NCBI GenBank assembly: GCA_963761335.1
Contig: CAVXGR010000009.1
Span: forward strand, 1 to 64,000
DNA length: 64,000 nt
Reading direction: 5' to 3'
Origin: an uncultured delta proteobacterium
Lineage (GTDB): Bacteria; Desulfobacterota; Binatia; HRBIN30; BPIQ01
Positions 1 to 9,788 of the stretch are shown here, piece by piece. How positions within the stretch are numbered: the first letter of the stretch is position 1; the number at the start of each line of letters is the position of its first letter. The notes under the pieces were generated by a model, which saw only the letters and a list, made by a program, of their open reading frames with translations, did no database searches and was not told the DNA's origin. The position numbers and the translations under genes were made by a program.

Positions 1-1050
1 AAGAACCTTGCCCTCGGACGTCAGCTCCAGACGCTCCTGCGCCAGCGGCGGGCGCAGCACGTAGCGGCAGAGGTGCTCGAGGCGCTTGCGGTCCCCCGCC
101 GGAACCGCAACGCCTGCATGCAGATCGAAGCCCTCGATATGGGCGTGCAATGGTACGCTCGCCGGCTTCTCCCCCTCGACGGGCTCCCGCCCGAGGCGAG
201 CCACCGGCGCCCCGGCGCGCGGGCCGGTGGCGACCCGGCCGGCGACGGCGGCTCCCTGGATCTCCGCGTATGCCGGACATTCGAACAGGCGCTCGTCCGT
301 GGCATGGACCTCCTCAGCCGGCCGCTCCAGGTCGATGCCGTGGCGGGCTACCAGACGAATGATCCGCCGGCGCACTGTCACCAGCAGGCGGCTCACATCT
401 CGATCCTCCGGCGCCGGCGCGGGCACGAAGCGGAGGGCACCGTCGGCCTCTCGGATGAAGACGCCCTGTGCTACCAGCGTATGAAAATGGATGTTGGTGT
501 TGAGCGCCGACCCAAACCGTTGGATCGCGGTCACGGCGCCGCCGATGCCGTCGTGTACTCCGCGGCGTGAGGCACGCCGCCTCTCGAAGCTCAACACCGC
601 CCGGACGAACACCGCGAGCACGGCGCGGCAGAGATGATGGTCCCAGGCGAGCGCATAGCGCAAGCGGTAGGGCAGCGTGAGCACCCACTGGCGCACCGGC
701 AGGCCGCCGAGCACGCCGTCGACTAGGTGAGACGACAGCGCCGCCATCCGACGGCCGCAGCACGAGGGGCAGAACCCCCGCCCCTTGCACGAGAAGGCCA
801 CCAGAATCTCGTGGTTGCAGTCCTCGCAGCGAAAGCGCGCGAAGCCGCGTGCCATCACCCCGCAGCCGAGAAACTCGCGCAGCTCCCGCTCCACGAAGCG
901 CGGCACTCCCTCGCCGCCGCCGCGCAGGCGGGCCTCGGCGAGAAAGGTCTCGAGGTGCTCGCGGACGACACGGTAGAGGACCGTGTCCTCGGGACGGCGG
1001 CGGACGTACGTGCTCCTCGCCCGGCCGAGCCCGTCCTGACATTGCGACAT
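1..1050 (-). mobile_element. IS91-family (HUH/Y2) transposase with N-terminal zinc-binding domain, 3' end runs off the window
   Basis: Manual translation from ATG at 1050 (absent from the ORF track because it has no stop in the window): RRRPEDTVLYRVVREHLETF...EFLGCG...RCEDC...FSCKGRGFCPSC...RQWVLTLP...QRFGSALNTNIHFH (HUH motif)...RLEHLCRYVLRPPLAQERL. Confidence 0.92.
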
Positions 1051-1091
1051 CCCTGACGCGTCCAAGAGGCGACCACCCTGTCTCAGAACGC

Positions 1092-1107
1092 CGCAGGTGC
1101 CATGCCA
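1092..1107 (-). promoter_or_regulatory. possible sigma-54 (-24/-12) promoter upstream of the transposase
   Basis: Minus strand reads TGGCATGGCACCTGCG (GG-N10-GC) about 40 nt before the ATG; a chance match is possible in high-GC DNA. Confidence 0.25.
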
Positions 1108-1486
1108 TCAGTCTTCGCTTCCTGACGTCTTCCAGAGTCTGCTCTGTGCGATCACGTGTGGCGCCACAGTGCTCCACCGTTGTACTCGCAGTGAGTAGGG
1201 AGCACGCGGCATTTTGGCGGGAGATCCGACTGGGTCCGGCATATCCCCGGCGCAGCCTGAACTGCCGATGGTGGCGGCCAGGCTGGCCGCGGTCCCAGCG
1301 GGCGATCACCTGTAGCGGCGCCGTGCTCGATTCGTGTCCCGGAATGCGTCGGCACCACGCGGCACGGTGGACGGCGGCTCTGAATTCCTGGGGCGTTGCC
1401 CAGGCTTTTGAGTTTGGCCCCTTCGGGCGGGGATCGCGTGCGGCTTAGACGGGCGGGTGAGCGAATATGGCTCGCGATCGAGAGAC

Positions 1487-2134
1487 TCAGCCCCGGCCGA
1501 AAGCGCGCTCGACCATGGCCGCGAGGCGGCGGACAAGATCGGTGCGGTCGGCCTTCATGCCGCCTTCGACCCAGTGGGCGAGCAGGACCTGATCCATGGC
1601 GGAGAACATCTTGGCGAGAAAGGCCGGGTCCTCGTCGACGAAGACGCCCTCGTCGATGCCGCGGCGGAAGATCTGCGCCTGGATGCGGTGGATGTCCTGC
1701 CAGTAGCGCAGGCGCGCGTCGCTGCCGGGCATGAGGATCCAGGAGCTGCCCTGGCGCAGGTGCATGCGCAGGAAGTGCGGGTGGTCGACGAAGTAGCCGA
1801 CATACGATTCGATCAGCGCCGCGACGCTCTCCGCCGCCGGCGCCCGCCGCTCCGCCACCTCTTTCGCCAGGTGCACCATCTCCTGGGCGCGCTCGTCGAG
1901 AATGGCGGTGTAGAGGTCGGTCTTGCCGGGAAAAATGGCGTAGATGGTTCCCATCGACAGGCCGGCGCGCTCGGAGATCTCCTGCATGTTGGCGGCCTCG
2001 AAGCCGCGGTCGGCGAACACCTGCTCGGCCGCCTCGACGATGTGCCGGCGGTAGAGGTCGTTGCGCGCCTTGCGCACCGCATCCCGCGGTGCCCGCTGCA
2101 CCGCCGCCGCCGCTCTCATCTTGCGCGCTGCCAT
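1487..2134 (-). CDS. TetR/AcrR family transcriptional regulator
   Basis: N-terminal HTH: IVEAAEQVFADRGFEAANMQEISERAGLSMGTIYAIFPGKTDLY; divergent from the catabolic operon. Confidence 0.93.
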   Translation of the reverse strand: MAARKMRAAAAVQRAPRDAVRKARNDLYRRHIVEAAEQVFADRGFEAANMQEISERAGLSMGTIYAIFPGKTDLYTAILDERAQEMVHLAKEVAERRAPAAESVAALIESYVGYFVDHPHFLRMHLRQGSSWILMPGSDARLRYWQDIHRIQAQIFRRGIDEGVFVDEDPAFLAKMFSAMDQVLLAHWVEGGMKADRTDLVRRLAAMVERAFGRG

Positions 2135-2165
2135 GCCTTCCGAAAGCTACCATGCAAAAAACGAC

Positions 2166-2206
2166 TTGACAACTCATAAATTCGAATGATAGTTCGGAAA
2201 ACCGAA
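2166..2206 (+). promoter_or_regulatory. sigma-70-type promoter and putative TetR operator
   Basis: TTGACA at 2166-2171, GATAGT at 2188-2193, and palindrome TTCGG-AAAA-CCGAA at 2193-2206 in the AT-rich divergent intergenic region. Confidence 0.55.
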
Positions 2207-2313
2207 TCTAACCACAGATGTGCCCGGCGGAACCGCGGCCGGGACGAATCGGCGGACAAGGCAAGCGGCGCAGGACAGACGGCGCGGAGGCGCGCGGCGT
2301 TAAGGAGGCCCCG

Positions 2314-3438
2314 ATGGAGTTTGGCATTTTCTCGCAGATGCATGTTCCCGACGACGAGGACGAGCACACGCGCTTCATGCGCGAGGTGGAGGTCTCCATC
2401 GCCGTCGACGAGGCCGGCTTCAAGTACGACTGGTCTCCCGAGCACCACTTCCTGAAGACCTACTCGCATCAGCCGGCGCCCGAGGTCTTCCTCACCTGGG
2501 TCGCCGCCAAGACCAAGCGCATCCACGTGGGGCACGCCATCGTCAACATCACCGCCAAGGTGAATCACCCGGCGCGCGTCGCCGAACGCATCGCGACCCT
2601 CGATCACCTCTCCGAGGGACGCGTCGAGTTCGGCACCGGGCGCGGCTCCTCCTCCGCCGAGTGGGGCGGCTTCGACGTGCCCTCGCTGGCGGAGACCAAG
2701 CCGATGTGGCGCGAGTCGCTCGAGCAGATCCCGCGCATGTGGCGCGACGAGCCCTACGAGTTCGAGGGCAAGTACTTCCGCATGCCGAAGCGCGACATCC
2801 TGCCGAAGCCCTACACCAAGCCCCACCCGCCCATCTGGGTCGCCTGCTCGAGCCCCAACACCTTCGTCGAGGCGGGCGAGCTCGGCCTCGGCGCCCTCTG
2901 CTTCACCTTCGGCACGCCCGCGGAGATCGCCGGACACGTGAAGAGCTACAAGGACGCCATCAAGCGCTGCAAGCAGCCGGCGGGCGAGTACATCAACGAC
3001 AACATCGCGGTGACCACCAACATGCTCTGCCTGCCCGACGGCGACAAGGCGCGCCACCTCTACTCGCAAGCGCGCACCGAAGAGTTCACCCAGGTCTTCT
3101 TCAAGTGGCTCGACTCGGTGCCGCGGCCGCAGGGGCTGCCGAAGGAAGGTCCGGTCCCCAGAATGCCGGCGCCGACCCCCGAGAGCCTGAAGCAGGGCCT
3201 CAAGGGTGGCGGGCGGCAGATCGGCTCACCCGAGGAGATCATCGACGTCATCAAGATGTACGAGGAGATCGGCGTCGATCAGCTGATCTACGCGCCGCTC
3301 ACCCTGGTGCTCGACCAGAAGATCGTCCTCGACTCGATCGAGACCTTCGGCAAGCACGTCCTGCCGAAGTTCGACACCGACCCGGTGCACAGCACCACCC
3401 GGCAGCGCCAGGCCGCTCTGAAATCCAAGGCCGCCTGA
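2314..3438 (+). CDS. LLM-class (luciferase-like) flavin-dependent oxidoreductase
   Basis: MEFGIF start after AAGGAGG; WSPEHHF, HPARVAERIATLDHLSEGRVEFGTGR, PKPYTKPHPPIW motifs. Confidence 0.92.
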   Translation: MEFGIFSQMHVPDDEDEHTRFMREVEVSIAVDEAGFKYDWSPEHHFLKTYSHQPAPEVFLTWVAAKTKRIHVGHAIVNITAKVNHPARVAERIATLDHLSEGRVEFGTGRGSSSAEWGGFDVPSLAETKPMWRESLEQIPRMWRDEPYEFEGKYFRMPKRDILPKPYTKPHPPIWVACSSPNTFVEAGELGLGALCFTFGTPAEIAGHVKSYKDAIKRCKQPAGEYINDNIAVTTNMLCLPDGDKARHLYSQARTEEFTQVFFKWLDSVPRPQGLPKEGPVPRMPAPTPESLKQGLKGGGRQIGSPEEIIDVIKMYEEIGVDQLIYAPLTLVLDQKIVLDSIETFGKHVLPKFDTDPVHSTTRQRQAALKSKAA

Positions 3439-3452
3439 TCTCGCCAATGTAA

Positions 3453-4922
3453 ATGCAGATGAGCGTTCCCGTCTTCGACAAGGTGCTGATCGGCGGCGAG
3501 TGGGTCGCCGCCGACTCCGGCACTTATCCGGTCATCGACCCGGCGACCGAAGAGGTCGCTGGACAGGCGCCGCAGGCCTCGGCCGCGCAGGCGCGCGCCG
3601 CCGCCGCCGCAGCCCGCCAGGCGTTCGAGACCGGCCCGTGGCGCACCATGAGCGGCGCCGAGCGCGGCGCCCTGCTGCGCCAGGCGGCGGAGAAGTTCCA
3701 GCGCCAGGCGGAGGGCCTCGTCGACCTGACCATCGCCGAGACCGGCGCCGTCAAGAACGTGGCCCGCGCCCAGCAGGTCGGCGCCGTGGCCAGCCGCCTG
3801 CTCAAGTACGCGGCCCTGGCGAGCGAGCCGGCGCAGCAGGCACTGCCGCCGGTGCCGCAGTCCGGTCCCGCCGGCAGCGCCCTGGTGTCGGGCGTGGCGG
3901 TGCGCGAGCCGGTGGGCGTGGTCGCCTGCATCACGCCGTTCAACTTCCCCATGACCAACTGCGCCGGCAAGATCGGCCCGGCCCTCGCCTGCGGCAACAC
4001 CGTCGTCGTCAAGCCGGCGCCGGTCGACCCGCTCGGCGTCGCCGAGCTCTGCCGCATCGTCGACTCGGTGCTGCCGCCCGGGGTGATCAACTTCGTCAAC
4101 GGCTCGGGCCCCGAGGTCGGCGAGGCGCTGACCGTGTCGCCCGACGTCGACATGGTCTCTTTCACCGGCAGCACCGCCGTCGGCTGCCGCATCCAGGAGG
4201 CCGGGGCACGGCAGATGAAGCGCGCCCTGCTGGAGCTCGGCGGCAAGTCGGCCTGCATCGTCTTCGCCGACGCCGACCGCGCCGGCGCCCTGCGCGGCGC
4301 CATGAGCGTGTGGGCCTTTCACACCGGGCAGATCTGCATCGCCGGCACCCGGCTGCTGGTCGAGGAGTCGATCTACGACGAGTTCACCGCACAGCTCGCC
4401 AGGGCGGCGGCATCGCTGAAGGTCGGCGATCCGCGCCAGGACGGTATCGTGGTCGGACCGCTGGTCTCGGCCGCGCAGCGCGACCGCGTCGAGCGCTACG
4501 TCGCCAAGGGGATCGAGGAGGGCGCCACGCTGGCCTGCGGCGGGCGGCGTCCGCCGCACCTGTCGCGCGGCTTCTTCTACGAGCCGACGCTGTTCACCGG
4601 CGCCCGCAACGACATGGTGATCGCCCGCGAGGAGATCTTCGGACCGGTGATCACCGCCATTCCCTTCCGCGACGAGGCCGACGCCATTGCCATCGCCAAC
4701 GATTCCGATTACGGCCTCTACGGCTACATCTGGAGCGGTGACACGGCCCGCGCCTTTCGCGTCGCCGGCGCCCTGCGCACCGGCACGGTGCAGATCAACG
4801 GCAGCAATCCCAACCCGGACGCCCCCTTCGGCGGCTACAAGCTGAGCGGCATCGGCCGCGACGGCGGGCGCTTCGCCCTGGAGACCTACAGCGAACTGAA
4901 GTACATCGGATGGACCGCGTGA
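3453..4922 (+). CDS. aldehyde dehydrogenase
   Basis: ITPFNFP, FTGSTAVG, LELGGKS, GQICIAG (catalytic Cys), EEIFGPV, PFGGYKLSGIGR. Confidence 0.96.
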   Translation: MQMSVPVFDKVLIGGEWVAADSGTYPVIDPATEEVAGQAPQASAAQARAAAAAARQAFETGPWRTMSGAERGALLRQAAEKFQRQAEGLVDLTIAETGAVKNVARAQQVGAVASRLLKYAALASEPAQQALPPVPQSGPAGSALVSGVAVREPVGVVACITPFNFPMTNCAGKIGPALACGNTVVVKPAPVDPLGVAELCRIVDSVLPPGVINFVNGSGPEVGEALTVSPDVDMVSFTGSTAVGCRIQEAGARQMKRALLELGGKSACIVFADADRAGALRGAMSVWAFHTGQICIAGTRLLVEESIYDEFTAQLARAAASLKVGDPRQDGIVVGPLVSAAQRDRVERYVAKGIEEGATLACGGRRPPHLSRGFFYEPTLFTGARNDMVIAREEIFGPVITAIPFRDEADAIAIANDSDYGLYGYIWSGDTARAFRVAGALRTGTVQINGSNPNPDAPFGGYKLSGIGRDGGRFALETYSELKYIGWTA

Positions 4923-4932
4923 GGGGGTGAAC

Positions 4933-6645
4933 ATGGCTTTCGATACGATCATCAAGGGCGGCCGCGTCGTCGACGGCTCCGGGCTGCCGATGCGCACCGC
5001 AGACGTCGGCATCAAGGAGGGCATGGTCACCGACATCGGGCATCTGTCGTCCGCGGCCCGCGAGGTCATCGACGCCGACGGTCTGGTGGTCATCCCCGGC
5101 ATCGTCGACGCCCACACGCACTACGACCCACAGCTGACCTTCGAGCCGTTCGCCACCTCCTCGTGCTACCACGGCGTGACCTCGGTGATCGCCGGCAACT
5201 GCGGCTACTCGATCGCGCCCTGCGCTCCGAAAGATCACGACTACCTGACGGCGCTGTTCGCCAAGGTCGAGGGCTTCTCGGCAAAGCTGCTGAGCCACGG
5301 CCTGCCGTGGGACTGGCAGAGCTTCCCCGACTACATGGACGTCCTCGACCAGCGCCTCGGCATCAACGCCGCCTTCTACATCGGCCACTCCGCCCTGCGC
5401 CGCTACGTGATGGGCGACGCCGCCTCGGAGCGCGCCGCCACTCCCCAGGAGCTGGACAAGATGAAGCAGCTGGTGCGCGAGGCGATGTACGCCGGCGCCG
5501 CCGGCTTCTCCTCGTCGCTCGCCCCGACCCACGTCGATCAGTTCAACAAGCCGGTGCCCTCGCGCCACGCCGATTTCGAGGAGGTCGCCGACCTGATCGA
5601 GACCGCCGGCGAGGGCGGCGCCGGCAGTATCTCCTTCCTGCCGGAGAGCGCCGTGCGCGGCCTCGACCCCGTCGACCGTTCCCGCCTGATCGATCTCGCC
5701 CACCGGTCCGGGCTGCCGATCATCGTTCAGGGGATCAGCAAGCGCGCCAACAACCCGCAGATGTGGGAGGATGCCACCCGCTTCCTCGAGGAGGCGCGGC
5801 AGCAGGGCGCGGCCATCTACTCCATCCTGCGCACCCAGCCGTTCATGCGCCCCTTCAACTGGAAGCGAGGCACCTCGCTCTACGACGGCGTCTTCCACTG
5901 GCGCGACCTCTCCGGCATGCCGCTCGACCAGCGCCGCGCCCAGCTGCGCGATCCGCAGTTCCGCGCCCAGCTGCGCGAGGGGCTCGATCATCCGAATACC
6001 GACGGCTCCAAGGGCTCGACGCTGCCGCCACCCGGGCTGAACACCATCTTCGTCGACCGCTCGGCCGCCGAGCCGCAGACCGAGGGAAAGAGCATCGCCC
6101 AGCTGGCGCAGGAGCGCGGCGCGCATCCCTCCGACGTCATGTGCGACCTGGCGCTGGCCAACGACCTGGAAACGCAGTTCGTGTGGAACACCGAGACCGA
6201 CGACTGGGCCGAGGCCAACGCCGAGGCGCAGCGCAACCCGCACATGATCACCGGCACCGGCGACGGTGGCGCCCACGCCGACCGCGACGACGGCGCCGAG
6301 TGGTCGACCTACTTCATCCGCCGCTGGCTTCTCGACCGCAAGCTCTTCTCCCTCGAGGAGGGGATCCGCCGCATCACCCACCTGCCGGCGATGATCGCCG
6401 GCATGAAGGGGCGCGGGCTGCTGGCGCGCGGCTACCACGCCGACGTCACCCTCTTCGACCCCGAGCGCATCGGTCTGGCGAAGAAGGAGATCGTGCGCGA
6501 CATGCCGGGCAACGAGGAGCGCTGGCAGGTGCGCGCCCGCGGCATCGCCCGCGTCATCGTCAACGGCAAGACCATCGTGCAGAACGGCGAGCTGACCGGC
6601 GAGCGCCCCGGCCGCGTCCTGCGCATCGGCAACCCGACGAGCTGA
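4933..6645 (+). CDS. N-acyl-D-amino-acid deacylase-like amidohydrolase
   Basis: IKGGRVVDGSG, PGIVDAHTHYD, HGVTSVIAGNCG, GDGGAH motifs. Confidence 0.9.
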   Translation: MAFDTIIKGGRVVDGSGLPMRTADVGIKEGMVTDIGHLSSAAREVIDADGLVVIPGIVDAHTHYDPQLTFEPFATSSCYHGVTSVIAGNCGYSIAPCAPKDHDYLTALFAKVEGFSAKLLSHGLPWDWQSFPDYMDVLDQRLGINAAFYIGHSALRRYVMGDAASERAATPQELDKMKQLVREAMYAGAAGFSSSLAPTHVDQFNKPVPSRHADFEEVADLIETAGEGGAGSISFLPESAVRGLDPVDRSRLIDLAHRSGLPIIVQGISKRANNPQMWEDATRFLEEARQQGAAIYSILRTQPFMRPFNWKRGTSLYDGVFHWRDLSGMPLDQRRAQLRDPQFRAQLREGLDHPNTDGSKGSTLPPPGLNTIFVDRSAAEPQTEGKSIAQLAQERGAHPSDVMCDLALANDLETQFVWNTETDDWAEANAEAQRNPHMITGTGDGGAHADRDDGAEWSTYFIRRWLLDRKLFSLEEGIRRITHLPAMIAGMKGRGLLARGYHADVTLFDPERIGLAKKEIVRDMPGNEERWQVRARGIARVIVNGKTIVQNGELTGERPGRVLRIGNPTS

Positions 6646-6668
6646 TGATGAGGTCCATCGGAATCTTA

Positions 6669-6718
6669 GTTGAAGCGGCGTCCCGCCGCTTCGGGAAGCG
6701 CCGGGACGGCGCTTCTAC
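6669..6718. repeat. 50-bp REPIN-like doublet (family AAGCGGCG), copy 1
   Basis: GTTG-AAGCGGCG-tcc-CGCCGCTT-cggg-AAGCGCCG-gga-CGGCGCTT-CTAC; near-identical to 11697-11746, degenerate copy at 56483-56527. Confidence 0.8.
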
Positions 6719-6742
6719 TCTGAACACCCGCCGAGGTCGCCG

Positions 6743-7831
6743 ATGAAAGCCGCGGTGTTCTTCGGCGTCGGCAAGCCAGTGGCCATCGAGGAGGTGTCGC
6801 TCAAGGACCCCGGCGCCGGAGAGGTGCGGGTCGCCCTGCGCGCCGCCGGCCTCTGCCACTCCGACCTGAGCGTCATCGACGGCACCATCCCCTACCCCGT
6901 TCCGGTGGTTCTCGGCCACGAGGGCGCCGGCATCGTCGAGGCAGTCGGCCCCGGCGTCGTCAGCGTCAAGGAGGGCGACGCCGTGGTGCTCTCCACCCTG
7001 GCACACTGCGGCCGCTGCCCGGCGTGCGAGGTCGGCAAGCCGACGCAGTGCCGCAACGCCCCCAATCCCAAGGACAACAAGCCGTTCACCGTGCGCGGCG
7101 CGGCGGCCTACGCCTTCGCCAACGTCTCCTGCTTCGTCGACCACACCGTGGTGCGCGAGCAGAGCGCCATCCCCATCGACGCGCGCGTGCCCTTCGACCG
7201 CGCCGCGCTGATCGGCTGCGGCATCATGACCGGCTTCGGCGCCGTGGTGAACCGCGCCCGCGTCGAGACCGGCGCCACCATGGCCGTCTTCGGCGTCGGC
7301 GGCATCGGCCTCAGCTGCGTGCAGGGCGGACGCCTCTCCGGCGCCGCCAAGATCATCGCCGTCGACGTCCTCGAGGAGAAGCTGGAGCTGGCGCGGCAGC
7401 TCGGCGCCACGCACACCATCAACGCCGGAGAGCAGGACCCGGTGGCGGCGATCAAGGACCTCACCGGTGGCGGCGCCGACTACACCTTCGAGGCGGTGGG
7501 CAACATTGCGGTCATCAAGCAGGCGCTCGAGGCGCTCGGCCCCGGCGGCGCACTGACCATCGTCGGCGTCCCCAAGATGGGCTCGAGCACCGAGTTCGTG
7601 GTGCACGCGCTCTACCAGAACAAGGCCATTCTCGGATGTCGCTACGGCACGGCGCGGCCGCGCCGCGACTTCCCGATGCTCGCCGACCTCTATCTCGGCG
7701 GGCGGCTGAAGATCGACGAGCTGATCACGCGTCACTACCAGCTGGAGGAGTTCGATACCGCGCTCGCCGACCTGCGCAAGGGCAGCCTGGCGCGCGGCGT
7801 CTTCCGGCTGGGCGCTGACGCGGCGAACTGA
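6743..7831 (+). CDS. Zn-dependent alcohol dehydrogenase (class III-like)
   Basis: GLCHSD, GHEGAG, CGRCPAC...C, GCGIMTG, GVGGIG motifs. Confidence 0.95.
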   Translation: MKAAVFFGVGKPVAIEEVSLKDPGAGEVRVALRAAGLCHSDLSVIDGTIPYPVPVVLGHEGAGIVEAVGPGVVSVKEGDAVVLSTLAHCGRCPACEVGKPTQCRNAPNPKDNKPFTVRGAAAYAFANVSCFVDHTVVREQSAIPIDARVPFDRAALIGCGIMTGFGAVVNRARVETGATMAVFGVGGIGLSCVQGGRLSGAAKIIAVDVLEEKLELARQLGATHTINAGEQDPVAAIKDLTGGGADYTFEAVGNIAVIKQALEALGPGGALTIVGVPKMGSSTEFVVHALYQNKAILGCRYGTARPRRDFPMLADLYLGGRLKIDELITRHYQLEEFDTALADLRKGSLARGVFRLGADAAN

Positions 7832-7843
7832 GAAGGAGAGACC

Positions 7844-8911
7844 ATGGGCAAATTCGGTCATCACGTCATCGATGCGGACGGGCACGGAGGCGACCTCGCC
7901 GACTGGCAGGCGCGCATCCCGGCAAAGTTCCAGCCGATGTGGGAGGAGCGCCGGGCGCGCATCAAGAAGCAGTTCGCCAATCTCCCCGGCGTCGGCGTCA
8001 AGCAGACCAAGGGCACGGCCAAGCTCGACAGCCTCGAGCGCCCCGGCATGACCGACCCCAAGGAGCGCCTGGTCGACATGGACCTGGAGGGCATCGACCA
8101 GACGATCATGTTCCCGGGCGGCGCCGGCGAGGAATGGGCCGGGCTCGACCGCGACTTCGCCATGGCTCTCTGCCGCACGCTGAACGATGCCCGCGCCGAG
8201 TACACGCGCTACAAGCCCGACCGCCTGATGTCGGTCGCCAAGCTGCCGATGATCGACCCCGAGGCGGCCGCCGCCGAGCTGCGGCGGGCGGTCAAGGAGC
8301 TCGGCATGATCGGCATGGTCACGCCGCAGCACATCCGCGAGAAGAACCTCGACCACCCGAGCTTCGACGTCGTCTGGGCCGAGGCCGAGCGGCTCAACGC
8401 CGCCGTCTGCATCCACGGCGGCGGCCAGGCAATCGACCAGGTGCCGATCGGCGTCGACCGCTTCACGACGCGTCTGGAGATCCACGCCTTCACCCACCCC
8501 GTCGGCCAGATGATCGCCATCAACTGCTTCACCGTCGGCGGCATTCTGCAGCGCTTCCCGAAGCTGCGCGTCGCCTTCCTCGAGGCGGGCGTCGGCTGGC
8601 TGCCGTTCTGGCTCGAGCGCCTCGACGAGCACTGGGAGCTCACTCCGGAGCAGGCCCCGCAGATCGACCGCAAGCCGAGCGAGTACTTCCTCTCGGGCCG
8701 CTGCTTCATCGGCTGCGATCCGGACGAGAAGGGTATCCCGCACGTGATCGACTCCCTCGGAGAGGACGTGGTCGTCTACGCCTCCGACTACTGCCACTGG
8801 GACTGCAAGTTTCCGGACACGGTCAAGATCATCGAGGAGCGCAACGACATCTCCAGCGCCAGCAAGCAGCACATCTTTCACGACAATCCCAAGCGCCTGT
8901 ACGCCCTCTGA
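7844..8911 (+). CDS. amidohydrolase family protein (Amidohydro_2 type)
   Basis: IDADGH, RLVDMDLEGID, LQRFPKLRVAFLEAGVGWLP, YASDYCHWD. Confidence 0.9.
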   Translation: MGKFGHHVIDADGHGGDLADWQARIPAKFQPMWEERRARIKKQFANLPGVGVKQTKGTAKLDSLERPGMTDPKERLVDMDLEGIDQTIMFPGGAGEEWAGLDRDFAMALCRTLNDARAEYTRYKPDRLMSVAKLPMIDPEAAAAELRRAVKELGMIGMVTPQHIREKNLDHPSFDVVWAEAERLNAAVCIHGGGQAIDQVPIGVDRFTTRLEIHAFTHPVGQMIAINCFTVGGILQRFPKLRVAFLEAGVGWLPFWLERLDEHWELTPEQAPQIDRKPSEYFLSGRCFIGCDPDEKGIPHVIDSLGEDVVVYASDYCHWDCKFPDTVKIIEERNDISSASKQHIFHDNPKRLYAL

Positions 8912-8914
8912 GCG

Positions 8915-9565
8915 ATGCCGGTCGACCTGCGGCAGCTGCTGCTGCCGGCGCACAGCGCCCTGCTGCTGATGGAGTGCCAGGAGGGCATCATCGGCGCCGG
9001 CAGCGGGCGGCTGAACGCCCTCGGCGAGGCGGTGGCGCGCCACGGAACCGTCGAGCAGATCGGCCGGCTGCTCGCCGCGGCTCGCAGCGCGCCGGTGCCC
9101 GTCTTCTATCTGACCGTCAGCCGCCGCGCCGACAGCGGCGGCTCGACGGCCAACTGTCTGCTCCTGGCGCTCGGGCGCAAGGGCACGCCACTTCTCCCCG
9201 GCTCCCCCCAGCAGGCGGTGGTCGAGGCGCTGGCACCGCAGCCGGGCGACTACGTCGTCAACCGCTCGCACGGCGTCACCCCGTTCCACGGCACCGAGCT
9301 CGACCAGCTGCTGCGCAACCTCGGGGTGAAGACAGTGGTGGCCGCGGGCGTATCGGTGAACATCGGCATCACCGGGATGACCATCGAGGCGGTGAACTGC
9401 GGCTACCAGGTGGTCATCCCGCGCCAGGCGGTGAGCGGTACGCCGGACGACTACGTCGACGCCGTCTTCGAGCACAGCCTCCGCCTGCTGGCGACGGTGA
9501 CCGGCGTCGAGGAGGTGGTGCAGGCGTGGGAGAGACAGGGACTCAACGGGGACAGTGCGTCATGA
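8915..9565 (+). CDS. isochorismatase/cysteine hydrolase fold protein
   Basis: ALLLMECQEG, TELDQLLRNLGVKTVVAAGVSVN, EAVNCGYQVVIPR; the canonical triad is altered. Confidence 0.85.
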   Translation: MPVDLRQLLLPAHSALLLMECQEGIIGAGSGRLNALGEAVARHGTVEQIGRLLAAARSAPVPVFYLTVSRRADSGGSTANCLLLALGRKGTPLLPGSPQQAVVEALAPQPGDYVVNRSHGVTPFHGTELDQLLRNLGVKTVVAAGVSVNIGITGMTIEAVNCGYQVVIPRQAVSGTPDDYVDAVFEHSLRLLATVTGVEEVVQAWERQGLNGDSAS

Positions 9566-9613
9566 GCCGTGCGACTCGGCAGCAGACGATTGTCTCGCCC
9601 GCTGCGGCCGCCG

Positions 9614-9755
9614 GTTCCCTCTCCCGCATCTCTTTGCGGGAGAGGGTCAGGGTGAGGGCACCGATCTCTTTGAACGCCGCGAATGATCACGAGGTTCCAA
9701 AGAGAAACGACCCCTCACCCTGGCCCTCTCCCGCCAGCAATGCGGGAGAGGGAAC
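9614..9755. repeat. CCCTCTCCC...GGGAGAGGG palindromic doublet repeat, copy 1
   Basis: ccctctcccgca...tgcgggagagggtcagggtgaggg and the inverted ccctcaccctggccctctccc...gggagaggg; related copies at 53312-53450 and 57093-57198. Confidence 0.8.
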
Positions 9756-9788
9756 TCTGCTCAACTGTCCCCGGATGCGGGAGGCCCC

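Noticed and set aside
1..1050. The IS91 transposase as mobiliser of the GTAG REPs or the 420-bp element
   Set aside because: No REP flanks its visible end; REPs are associated with RAYT/Y1 enzymes, and IS91 does not duplicate a core.
73..1448. Track ORFs 73-570, 314-1309, 727-1056 and 849-1448
   Set aside because: Shadow or antisense frames of the IS91 transposase; no motifs.
6560..9475. 971-aa minus-strand ORF and other long antisense ORFs (e.g. 3288-5117, 36249-38966, 57409-59343)
   Set aside because: They mirror well-supported genes on the opposite strand, as expected from high-GC codon bias.
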